The notes under the pieces were generated by a model, which saw only the letters and a list, made by a program, of their open reading frames with translations, was not told the DNA's origin and searched no databases. Made by a program: the position numbers and the translations under genes. A DNA stretch of 64,000 bases from Methanobacteriota archaeon. Its GTDB lineage: Archaea; Thermoplasmatota; Thermoplasmata; SG8-5; JAGLSY01. The stretch is taken from assembly GCA_020696385.1 (NCBI GenBank), contig JAEHCQ010000005.1, forward strand, positions 122,658 to 186,657. Direction: 5' to 3'. Positions 1-9,096 of this stretch are shown here, piece by piece (positions within the stretch are counted from its first letter, which is position 1; every line of letters begins with the position of its first letter).

Positions 1-1397
1 TATCCAGCTCCACTTGCTACCGCATTCATTATGGTATCATATGTTTCGGGTATTGCCAGTTTCATGACGAATACTGTAATTATTGCAAGAACCAAAGAAC
101 CTGCTATGACCAATAGCCATGGAAGCTTCCTGGTGACCACCAATACCGCTCCTATGGCCACAGCGGCCAGGAGTATGTATGTGGGAGTATCGAACCAGCT
201 AGCTATCTGCAGTGATTGATAATAATACGGATATACTAACAGAAGTGCCAGACCGACCGATATGAAATAGATCATGAGAACACCGAGAGAATCGACATTC
301 CTCAGCCTGTCCATAAGCAACTGGATCAGAAGGTATACAGTCAATATAACAATGACATAAGCATAACCTTTCCAGGTCAATGCAACGGCTGCCAGTGAAA
401 TAGCTGCCAGCATTGCGAATAGTATGGAATTTTTATTACTACGTATGAGATCTGGAACTCCGTCCCTGATCTGGTCCATTTTCATCCAGTCTTTGACCCA
501 TGTCTTCTCCTTCAGACCCTTCAAGGATTTCAAGAAGAAATAGAAGGTCAAAACAATGAAGAATAGAGCGAATGCGTCGTGATCAGCGTTAGTAAGGACA
601 CTACGTTGAATATGACCAGGCATGATAGCCAGCAGGAAGGCGGCGATATAACCGGTCTTCTTGCCAAATACCTCACTGGCCAATAGATATGTAGGTACGA
701 TGGTCAAGGCACCCCAGAAAGCAGTTGAGAATATGAAGACATACCAGGTAGCTTCATAGTTATCTCCTCCAAAGAAAGGAGTTAGAGCTATGCCTCCGAG
801 ATAGACAGACCAGTCATAGAGCGGAGGACGTGGGTTCCTTGTGCCTACGGGATAATTAAGCATATCATCCCAAAACCAAAGATCACCGGTTTCCTGAGCA
901 TTGGTGATCACAAAGTGGTGGTAATAGGAATCAGACCCACCAGATAGCAGAAAGCCATCTTCTGTGGCTGGTTCTAAACCAAAATATGCTCTCATGAACA
1001 TTCCCAAAGAGAATATCACCATCAATAGCATTATCGTTTTCCAGTTCTTATCGAACCAGGAGCCCTGCCACTTGAGATTTAGGTTCATTGGCTTCTTCGC
1101 GGTCTCCTTTGCTGGTTTGGAATGCCCTTCGTCATAGTGCTTGGTCTTGAGCTTCTTCACTCCCCGTGGGAGATCTGGCTCTTCTGGCATTTCCTCGCCT
1201 GACTCGATCCCATTGTCATCCCCTGTGTTTGAAGCTGCCTTGTTCTTGAGCTTCTTCTTTTTCTTCAGGGATGGCTCTGGGCTGGATTCTTGAACCGTGG
1301 ATTCAACAATAGTATCCTCGGTCTGCTCAGGTATCTCAACAACATCCGGCGCATCAATAACGTCAGATGTATCCTCAATTTTCTTTTTAGTAGACAT
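1..1397 (-). CDS. aglB: Oligosaccharyltransferase AglB/STT3 (5' part; runs off window start)
   Basis: Absent from the ORF track because it is open at the edge. Minus-strand translation from ATG 1397 gives GGSDSYYHH, NYPVGTRNPRPPLYDW, PGHIQRSVLTNADHD and many TM helices, typical of STT3/AglB. Confidence 0.9.
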   Translation of the reverse strand, partial: MSTKKKIEDTSDVIDAPDVVEIPEQTEDTIVESTVQESSPEPSLKKKKKLKNKAASNTGDDNGIESGEEMPEEPDLPRGVKKLKTKHYDEGHSKPAKETAKKPMNLNLKWQGSWFDKNWKTIMLLMVIFSLGMFMRAYFGLEPATEDGFLLSGGSDSYYHHFVITNAQETGDLWFWDDMLNYPVGTRNPRPPLYDWSVYLGGIALTPFFGGDNYEATWYVFIFSTAFWGALTIVPTYLLASEVFGKKTGYIAAFLLAIMPGHIQRSVLTNADHDAFALFFIVLTFYFFLKSLKGLKEKTWVKDWMKMDQIRDGVPDLIRSNKNSILFAMLAAISLAAVALTWKGYAYVIVILTVYLLIQLLMDRLRNVDSLGVLMIYFISVGLALLLVYPYYYQSLQIASWFDTPTYILLAAVAIGAVLVVTRKLPWLLVIAGSLVLAIITVFVMKLAIPETYDTIMNAVASGAG

Positions 1398-1576
1398 AGT
1401 TTCACCGAAATTCGACGGAATGTCCTTCTTCCGTTGTTCGAATGAATATATTTTTTTATTAATGGGTTATCGTCGCTGAAATATCCACTTTTATAAATAC
1501 TTATGTATGATTTAGCAGTGTTATGGCATAAATATATCTATATATGGGTTATTTTAATTGAAAAAAACCAATTATG

Positions 1577-2290
1577 TCAGGGATTATTGGCGACAATATT
1601 GACATAAGCCGCCCATTTTCTGCTTTTCGGGGAAGAAGTGAGCAAACGATTATCGATCTTGAAGGCCACACGAGACAATGCTCTTGTGATGCCTTTCAAA
1701 GGCCCAGGCATTCTTGGGACAATATGTGGCATGAGGTAGAAGGTTATGAAATGATGATCGACCCTATCGGTCTTGAAATATCGTTTGACAACCTCTTCCA
1801 GATCATTGAAGGGAAGAGGTTTTTCGCCCTCATCATGGTGGGTGGTCGTTATTCTTTTCCTGACGATATTGGCAAAGGGATTACGATCCAAGGGTTCTTG
1901 GATGATCAAGAAACCACCTGGTCTCAGAACCCTTTTGATCTCCTTCAGTGCTTTATCCAGCTCATCTGGAACATGATGGAGCATCGCGTGAACCGTCACC
2001 AGGTCTGCGGAAGAATCCTTGAAAGGAAGATCCAATCCACTGCCAAGAATATGCCGAACATCATTATCTATGACTCTTGGCTCAAGATCTATGCATACGA
2101 CCATGGCCTCGGGGTGGCTGGACCTTGCCTTGTTTCCAAAACTGCCGCTACCGCCTCCGATATCTATGATCAGATCAAGCTTCTCGCATCTGGCAGATAC
2201 TTCGCCCGGTACACTATTAAGTGCCTTCCAACCCATTCGGTTAACCTCTGGGTCCACGTTCCAATCTACTTCCATTGTATCTATACTCAA
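1577..2290 (-). CDS. Class I SAM-dependent methyltransferase
   Basis: Motif I IIDIGGGSG; LPFKDSSADLV; LHH; EIKRVLRPGG. Start may be ATG 2275. Confidence 0.85.
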   Translation of the reverse strand: MSIDTMEVDWNVDPEVNRMGWKALNSVPGEVSARCEKLDLIIDIGGGSGSFGNKARSSHPEAMVVCIDLEPRVIDNDVRHILGSGLDLPFKDSSADLVTVHAMLHHVPDELDKALKEIKRVLRPGGFLIIQEPLDRNPFANIVRKRITTTHHDEGEKPLPFNDLEEVVKRYFKTDRVDHHFITFYLMPHIVPRMPGPLKGITRALSRVAFKIDNRLLTSSPKSRKWAAYVNIVANNP

Positions 2291-2421
2291 GGCAGTGGAA
2301 CCTAATAAATATATTTATATCTACCCCATAAATAATAATAACATAAATAATGATGATAATAATATTATACCACTAACAATAGGTTTTTATTCTCCCTGTA
2401 TAATGAGGGTTCGGTGTTTAT

Positions 2422-3126
2422 TTGTCAGATAAGCCAAGAATAAAAACATACATCCAGGGTTTGGATGAGCAATTGAATGGTGGGGTTCCAGTAGGGCACG
2501 TTTGCCTAGTATCTGGAATGCCAGGTACTATGAAATCTTCTGTTACCTACAGCATACTCCATAACAATGCAAAGCATGGTGGAAAGAAAGGTCTTTACAT
2601 TTCACTTGAGCAGGGCCGTGACTCTTTGATAGAGCATATGGATGGCCTTGGAATGCCCAATGAAGAGGTTGATGGGTTAGTCAATATCGTTGATATCGGT
2701 TATCTCAGATTGAACATGGATACCTCATCTGAACAACAGAGCTGGATGCGAATATTCAAGATGTACGCGGAAAACCTCCATGTCAGCAATGAATACGAGA
2801 TACTGATATGCGATTCATTACCTGTTCTGGAATTACTGGCAGATGTTGATAATCGCCGAGCGGAATTATTCCATTTCTTCGGCTGGCTCAGGGAACTTGG
2901 TGTCACCACCTTCCTTATAGCCGAGGCATCGGATCAAGCAAATGTCGTGCATGACGAAGACTTCCTGGCAGACGGTATCATCAGGCTGAGAAAAGAGCAG
3001 ATGGGATACGATGTCAGCAGGCAGATCGTCATTGACAAGATGAGGACGACCAAACACAATACTGGTTACTTCAGTCTGATGCTCGATGGAGAGCCCTTCT
3101 CGATAACACGTGTTATCGGGGATTGA
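2422..3126 (+). CDS. KaiC/RAD55 (RecA-superfamily) ATPase, single domain
   Basis: IQGLDEQLNGGVP, Walker A GMPGTMKS, YISLEQ, Walker B ILICDS, ADGII, IDKMR. Confidence 0.85.
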   Translation: MSDKPRIKTYIQGLDEQLNGGVPVGHVCLVSGMPGTMKSSVTYSILHNNAKHGGKKGLYISLEQGRDSLIEHMDGLGMPNEEVDGLVNIVDIGYLRLNMDTSSEQQSWMRIFKMYAENLHVSNEYEILICDSLPVLELLADVDNRRAELFHFFGWLRELGVTTFLIAEASDQANVVHDEDFLADGIIRLRKEQMGYDVSRQIVIDKMRTTKHNTGYFSLMLDGEPFSITRVIGD

Positions 3127-3197
3127 AGCCTCTCGAAATAGCCTATTAAAATTGATTGATTAGCCTCGGCTCTGTTAATCAAATGAGCTATTCTGTT

Positions 3198-6086
3198 TCA
3201 TTTGATATAGATCCCTGGCTTGAATGGAAATGCCCCATCTTTCTTGTTCTGAGGATCATCGATATTTGACTCATCGGCCTGATAGACATGGACTTCGCAA
3301 TTGAATTCCTTTTTTAGGAATTCCTTTGCGGATTTCAGAATGGTGCTTTCATTCAATCCCTCTGACACCCATTTCTTGTCAGAGTCTGAGAATTTCATGG
3401 CATTCTTCATAAGCCGCTTGCCGAATGAGCTAAGTTCCTTCGCACGAGCTTTAAGGTCGGCATCAGCCATTGCCAATTTCATAAGCTGGCCCATATTTAT
3501 CCGGCCATTCTCCAATAGATCAAGGCCAAGTGAGAAATACTTAGTCTTATAATCTGGTAAAGTGTAAATGCAGATCTTGGATGGGCTTATCTTCGTCATT
3601 TTTATTATGCCATTGATATCAGCCAGAACATCCTTCACATAATTCTCTGAAAGGAGTTTGCCCTCATTCATATCGAACTCACTGGCCTCGGGGAAGCTGG
3701 CCACCGATACAAGACCATCATTTCCAAGCGTCTCCCACAGCTCTTCAGACATATGTGGTGTGAAAGGAGCCATGAGGCGTGTCCAGGCCCCCAGAACTTT
3801 CTTAATGAGTTCTGGGTTATTTCCTCCACGCCTCGTGTACCATTTCAGATCCGACATGATCTCGAAGAATATACGATTGGAAGCCTCTCTCAATTCGAAC
3901 CTGTCGAGCGAGTCCCTGACATAGGCGACATTATTGGACATTCGCGAGCTCAGCCAGCTGTCTAGATATTCATCTGACTCACCCTTGATGTCCATCAGAT
4001 CATTGGCCAGATTCCAGACGCGGTCCATCCTCTGCCTGCTATTGTGGACATTGGCCTCATCCCACTCCACATCCACGAAAGGATTGGCGATGTGTGAATA
4101 GTAAAGTCGCATGCCATCCACCGTGAATTTGCTGGCTGCATTCGGGATCGGCTCGGCTCCACCCTTGGACTTACTCATTTTACCGCTCTTTCCAGATATC
4201 CACCAGTTGACCAGAATTCCCTGTGGCCAGTCCTTTTCCGGCATGATGGCCACGTGATTCATCAGGAAGAGCGGAAAGTGCACGGTCATGTGCTCCTTGC
4301 CACCCAGATTGATGTCCAGAGGATACCAGTAATTGAAATCCTCGCGCACCCTATTTAGGGTTTCAACAGATATTCCAGTGGTTTCACTCACACTGGCATT
4401 ATCTCCGTTTCCGAGGAAGACGAAATTGAAGAATATATCATTCAACTGCTCTTCTTTTATCAGGCCAGCATTAATATAAGGAGATATTATATAAAAAGCA
4501 GAATATAAAGTAGAATCCGATATTGGCTCGATTATCCAGCGATCGTCCATTGGCAGTCTTGTACCCAGCCAATTTCCAAGTCTGGCACATGCTCTCTCCT
4601 TGAACCAATCGAGAGCCCCGGGCATGTTTTCCTGGTAATCCTGTGGCAGGATGTTCATCTTGGGGACAAAGGCCTTGGCGGCTTCCGTAACCTTCTCATT
4701 ACCATAATCGATGAACCACTGGTCCGGTATCTTCTTCATGATGACCTTTTCACCACATCTGCAGATGACTGGCTCTGAAAGATCGTGCATGATATCCGCT
4801 ACACCGAGGTCAAGCATCATTTCTTTAACCTGATCCTTGGCAATACTGACAGTCAAGCCAGCATATTCCCCGCAGATATCGCGCATGACGCCAGTGTGGA
4901 AGCCAGACTTGTAGATCTCCTTGGTGGCCTCTTCCAGCCTTGGGTCATTTTGATCGGTGATGTTCATTTTTTCTACTATCTCGACACCTGGATTGTCTCC
5001 ATAGCCCTTGGATTTGATTATCGGAATTGGCTCAATGGCCTTGACCATCGCATTGTCGATACCGAACTTCTCACAAGTGGCAGGATCATTGGCCAGGTCC
5101 ACCAGAGCGATCCAATCATATGGAGCGTCTGAAGGGACGCTCGTAACAAGGCCAGTACCATAATCAGGGTCTGTGAAGGATGATGGTAGAATAGGAATTT
5201 CACGCTCGATGACCGGAGCCGTCACTATCTTGCCGATAAGCTCGGTGGCCGGAACTTTTCCAATGACCTCCACATCGTCCTTTTGGAAGCTCAGTTTCTC
5301 GGCCCCTTCCGGACTCACAATCCACACCTCGCCATCAACTCTGGCTCGGACATATTCCACATCTGGATTGGCCCAGAAATTCGTCTGGCCATATACCGTT
5401 TCTGGCCTGAGCGTGGCAGCTATCACGAACTCATCGCCCATCTTGAATTTAAGAAGTGTCCACTCCTGCTTCTCCGCATTCCCACCCTGAGAGATATCGG
5501 TCTCCGAAGCATCCACAGCAACTGGTCCGCAATTAAGACATGCGGAGCCAAAGTATGGCTTCTGGATAAGCATCCCGGCCTTGTCCAGTTTCCTGAACTG
5601 CCACTGGATGAATTTCTGGTATCCGGGGTCGATAGTGGTTGTGAAACAATCGTAACTGGCTAAGAATCCAAACTTCTTCCAGTAATCGTCAATGTAGATC
5701 TGGCTGAAGAATTTGACAACCTCAAGAGGGTCCTTCAGTCTTTCAAGATCTTCATCACTGCATCCATTGGCCTTCAGCATATTGATATGATCTGGAATAT
5801 TCCTCTCGATCTTCCTGGAGAAGGCCGGGGCTATATTGCCAGATGGGTGAGCGCCAACAGGAAAAAGCACATTGTAGCCGTCCATGCGCTTGTACCTGGT
5901 TATCACATCGGAATACGTGTAACCGCGCATATGTCCCACATGCAGATAGCCGGACATTCCAGGGTAGGCGAACATGAGGAAGAATTTCTTTTGGTCTGGC
6001 ACTGGCTGGGGGTGGCATATATCCGAATCAAACCACTTTTTCTGCCATTTGGCCTCCACTTCGGAAGCAATGTAATCTCTTTCCAT
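3198..6086 (-). CDS. leuS: Leucine--tRNA ligase, archaeal type
   Basis: YPGMSGYLHVGH (HIGH), ATLRPET, GTGLVTSVPSDAPYD, KMSKS, C-terminal AFPFKPGI. Confidence 0.97.
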   Translation of the reverse strand: MERDYIASEVEAKWQKKWFDSDICHPQPVPDQKKFFLMFAYPGMSGYLHVGHMRGYTYSDVITRYKRMDGYNVLFPVGAHPSGNIAPAFSRKIERNIPDHINMLKANGCSDEDLERLKDPLEVVKFFSQIYIDDYWKKFGFLASYDCFTTTIDPGYQKFIQWQFRKLDKAGMLIQKPYFGSACLNCGPVAVDASETDISQGGNAEKQEWTLLKFKMGDEFVIAATLRPETVYGQTNFWANPDVEYVRARVDGEVWIVSPEGAEKLSFQKDDVEVIGKVPATELIGKIVTAPVIEREIPILPSSFTDPDYGTGLVTSVPSDAPYDWIALVDLANDPATCEKFGIDNAMVKAIEPIPIIKSKGYGDNPGVEIVEKMNITDQNDPRLEEATKEIYKSGFHTGVMRDICGEYAGLTVSIAKDQVKEMMLDLGVADIMHDLSEPVICRCGEKVIMKKIPDQWFIDYGNEKVTEAAKAFVPKMNILPQDYQENMPGALDWFKERACARLGNWLGTRLPMDDRWIIEPISDSTLYSAFYIISPYINAGLIKEEQLNDIFFNFVFLGNGDNASVSETTGISVETLNRVREDFNYWYPLDINLGGKEHMTVHFPLFLMNHVAIMPEKDWPQGILVNWWISGKSGKMSKSKGGAEPIPNAASKFTVDGMRLYYSHIANPFVDVEWDEANVHNSRQRMDRVWNLANDLMDIKGESDEYLDSWLSSRMSNNVAYVRDSLDRFELREASNRIFFEIMSDLKWYTRRGGNNPELIKKVLGAWTRLMAPFTPHMSEELWETLGNDGLVSVASFPEASEFDMNEGKLLSENYVKDVLADINGIIKMTKISPSKICIYTLPDYKTKYFSLGLDLLENGRINMGQLMKLAMADADLKARAKELSSFGKRLMKNAMKFSDSDKKWVSEGLNESTILKSAKEFLKKEFNCEVHVYQADESNIDDPQNKKDGAFPFKPGIYIK

Positions 6087-6169
6087 CAGAACAGGAGAAA
6101 TGGAAATCGCTAAAAAAGGTTGCTATCGTAAGATTATTAAGTACAGAGAACAATATTGTATATGATAAT

Positions 6170-6478
6170 ATGGCAAAAAAAGAAGACACCCAGCAGGAAT
6201 TGATCGTGCTCAAGAGGGATGCGGAGTTCATCCTATCATGCCTCGAACCCTTCAAAGAGGGATTTGTTTCAGGGTACTCATGGGGCAGACTTCCACGCGA
6301 GAACTTGAAGAAGATAATCGAGCTCTACAATGACATACTGGCCAAGGCACAGAAACTGCAGAAGTCCGAGAAGACCATACAGGGACTGAAGCCAGTTGAC
6401 ATCGATGATTTTAATGAATTCGACCTGCTGATAAACGTGGCCATGCTGAATAATCATATTATCATCAATGACCTATAG
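6170..6478 (+). CDS. Hypothetical protein (102 aa, helical)
   Basis: Clean ORF divergent from leuS with TATA-like TTATTAA ~30 nt upstream; no motif recognised. Confidence 0.6.
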   Translation: MAKKEDTQQELIVLKRDAEFILSCLEPFKEGFVSGYSWGRLPRENLKKIIELYNDILAKAQKLQKSEKTIQGLKPVDIDDFNEFDLLINVAMLNNHIIINDL

Positions 6479-6491
6479 GGTACAAGAACAT

Positions 6492-6690
6492 TTTGAATTC
6501 AAGCATGCCCCGTCTGAATGACAGTATACTGTCATCTGGAGGGCGGGGTACTCCCAGTGTTTTCTCAGTGAGTGACAGTTACAATGTACCAGTGGGAAGA
6601 TTACCCACTCGCAGATTTGAGCGAGTGGTCAATTCAAACCCCGGTTGGAGTCCAACGATGGCCGGGGTCCTTATCCACACCCGGCTCAAC
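6492..6690. ncRNA. Candidate structured non-coding RNA or decayed mobile-element end
   Basis: GC-rich intergenic stretch with several stems: TTTGAATT/AATTCAAA, GCCCCGTC/GGCGGGGT enclosing ATGACAG-TATA-CTGTCAT, CCACTCGC/GCGAGTGG, ACCCCGG/CCGGGGT. Confidence 0.35.
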
Positions 6691-6699
6691 AAACCCATC

Positions 6700-8241
6700 C
6701 TACTTCTTCACCTGATATATCACATCTATAACAGTGCCATCTCTGTACGCGATAATGGCAACAACCCGATCGGTATAATTCGGCTCGGGTGCTTTTCCGC
6801 CTGCTTTCTGCTCCGCTATCCTGGCCAGGTCCTGAATGTCTATCACATTCAGGTTTGCTTCTTTTGCCATTTCTATCATGTCATCCCGCAGAGGGTTTAT
6901 CGCGATGCCAGCTTCCGTAACTATGGCATCGATGGTTTCTCCCGGCGTTGTTACATTCGTCACCTTGTCCATGACGATCGGCCAGTTCTTCCTGTGGGTG
7001 GGGCAGGTGATCACAGTCATCTTCGAGCCAGCAGCGACATCCTGATGACCGCCAATTCCGTGTAGTAGATAGCCGTCAGAGTGGGTGTTCACATTGACAT
7101 TAAAGTCGGTATCAACTTCTGTCGCACCCAGGAAAGCCAGATCCACCATATTGACCAGCTGGCCTCTATTGAAAGGATTGGCGTAAAAGTCAGGCTCAAT
7201 TTCGTGATGTTTTGGATTGGAATTGAGTGATTGGATGCTGGGGATATCAAAGCTCTGGGTGTCCAGTATCTTCTCGATGAGCCCCTCTTCCAGCATCTTG
7301 ACGATATGGCCAGTTATTCCGCCATGGGCGAAACCGGCCTTGATATTCTTCTTCTTCATCTTTTCGCGGATGAAGTCGAGGGCGGCCAGTGATATTCCTC
7401 CAGCTCCTGCCTGGAAGGAAAAGCCATTCTTGATCACGCCACAAGCATCAGCTAACTCGACAGTTTGTCGCGCGATGTCCAGACGCATTGGATCTGTGGT
7501 CGGCTGCATGGTGCCAGTTGCGATTCCCTCGGGGTCTCCAATTGAATCGACCTTCACCACCCAGTCAACATAAACTTGAGAAATTACCGGGGGCATGACC
7601 GGATATGGCTGAATATTATCTGTTACGACGACCGTGTTCTTCGCGTATCGAGAGTCAGCCAGAGCATAACCCAGGGGCCCACAAGCGGACTTACCTTCTC
7701 TTCCATTCGCATTGCCGTATACATCGGCAATGGGAGCTGCGACGAAGGCCGTGTCGATCTTCAGCGCGCCTATGTGGATGGCGCGAACTCGACTGCCATG
7801 TGATCGGAGAATTGCGAGGTCGTGCATCTTTCCCTCAGATACAGTTCGACCCACCGGGCCATTCATACTGCCCTCGATGGACGATATGGTGCCGTTCTCT
7901 ATCATCTTCACTATGGGTTCATGTACAGAGAATAAAGCGCTCTGTGCCAGCTTAAGACCCTTTAGACCGCGTTTCTGGGCCACATCCATCACCATATTGA
8001 TGACATGATCGCCGTTCCTCAGGTGGTGGTGGAAGGATAAGCATGCGCCGTGGGTGATGCCGCATTTGTCAAATGAATCATCTATGCTGGATACCATTTT
8101 ATCAGGTGCATAGCTGGTGGGCTTCAGGGGCAGGGGGACCTTCCAGCCCCTGGCATGCCTCTCAAAAGCTCCCTTATAAGGTACAAGATGTCTTCCTCCG
8201 ACTAATGACGGTATTTCCCTGCCTACTGCATTGACTGGCAT
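6700..8241 (-). CDS. citF: Citrate lyase alpha chain / citrate CoA-transferase (paralogue 2)
   Basis: SFHHHLRNGD, RSHGSR, CGPLGYA, FSFQAGAGG, GGITG, LGATEVDTDFNVNV, GGHQD. Confidence 0.9.
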   Translation of the reverse strand: MPVNAVGREIPSLVGGRHLVPYKGAFERHARGWKVPLPLKPTSYAPDKMVSSIDDSFDKCGITHGACLSFHHHLRNGDHVINMVMDVAQKRGLKGLKLAQSALFSVHEPIVKMIENGTISSIEGSMNGPVGRTVSEGKMHDLAILRSHGSRVRAIHIGALKIDTAFVAAPIADVYGNANGREGKSACGPLGYALADSRYAKNTVVVTDNIQPYPVMPPVISQVYVDWVVKVDSIGDPEGIATGTMQPTTDPMRLDIARQTVELADACGVIKNGFSFQAGAGGISLAALDFIREKMKKKNIKAGFAHGGITGHIVKMLEEGLIEKILDTQSFDIPSIQSLNSNPKHHEIEPDFYANPFNRGQLVNMVDLAFLGATEVDTDFNVNVNTHSDGYLLHGIGGHQDVAAGSKMTVITCPTHRKNWPIVMDKVTNVTTPGETIDAIVTEAGIAINPLRDDMIEMAKEANLNVIDIQDLARIAEQKAGGKAPEPNYTDRVVAIIAYRDGTVIDVIYQVKK

Positions 8242-8289
8242 TTAATTTATCTCCATTTATTAAATTGTTAATATATTATTGCGCATATA

Positions 8290-9096
8290 TTATTTATATT
8301 CATCTGGCAGATCGCATTCATCAGGCCCATCATAATCGTGTTCTGATGAGTACATCTTGCGCATTGGCCTCTCACGACTCATCTCCTCATAGGCTTGGGC
8401 CACGAGGCCAGCAGTTCTCCCCATTAGGAAAAATGCCTTGCCCAGACGGTGATCGAAGCCCATATCGGACATAACGGCGGCGATAGCCCCATCCACATTG
8501 ATGGGTAGCTTGCGACCAGTCTGTGATTCCAATTCCACCTCAATAGCCTTGGAGAGCTCCACATGCTTGTCAGCGATCTCGTATTCCGCGGAAAGCGCGA
8601 ACAGCTTTCCGGTCCTTGGATCCGACGTATGAACTCTGTGGCCGAAGCCTGGTAATCTCTTTTTCTGTTCTCGGGATTCGGCAACTATCTGCCTGGCGAC
8701 CTCGGTTATTTCGAGGTCCTCTCCATTCGCCCTGATGACACCTTCCTGAAGAAGGAGCGCGCCCTTTTCGATAGCTCCACCGTGAACATCGCCAACTGCC
8801 ATGATGCCAGCGGCTACCGCGGTTGGGAGCGGGACACCGGAAGAAGCGACGGTACGCGCCGCCCTTGCTGAAGGCGGCGTTATCCCGTGATCGATGGATG
8901 ATGTAAGAATAGCATCCATCATCTTTCCCTCATTCTCTGTTGGCATCCTGCCGCTCAGTATCAGAAATACATTGTGAGAGAAGGGCACATTGCCGATAAG
9001 ATCCTCCTGCCTGTAGCCACGAGTTACGATATGATTGGGTTTGACAGTGGTTATGCCAGTCTTCCAAATTGGGTCATCTTCTGCCAAGAAGCTCAA
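8290..9096 (-). CDS. Citryl-CoA lyase (citrate-synthase-like fold)
   Basis: 268 aa; DHGITPPS, HGGA, PGFGHRVH..DPR, PINVDGAIAA. Confidence 0.85.
   Translation of the reverse strand: MSFLAEDDPIWKTGITTVKPNHIVTRGYRQEDLIGNVPFSHNVFLILSGRMPTENEGKMMDAILTSSIDHGITPPSARAARTVASSGVPLPTAVAAGIMAVGDVHGGAIEKGALLLQEGVIRANGEDLEITEVARQIVAESREQKKRLPGFGHRVHTSDPRTGKLFALSAEYEIADKHVELSKAIEVELESQTGRKLPINVDGAIAAVMSDMGFDHRLGKAFFLMGRTAGLVAQAYEEMSRERPMRKMYSSEHDYDGPDECDLPDEYK

Noticed and set aside
1574-2305. 243-aa plus-strand ORF
   Set aside because: Antisense shadow of the methyltransferase, which has clear motifs.
6540-6670. Possible FMN riboswitch, tRNA or RNase P RNA
   Set aside because: Only a GGGCGGGGT-like fragment matches; the conserved T-loop, GAGGAAAGTCC and AGTCCG motifs are missing, and it does not lie 5' of a gene.
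6493-7065. 190-aa plus-strand ORF
   Set aside because: Mostly antisense to citF, TTG start, no protein-like motifs.
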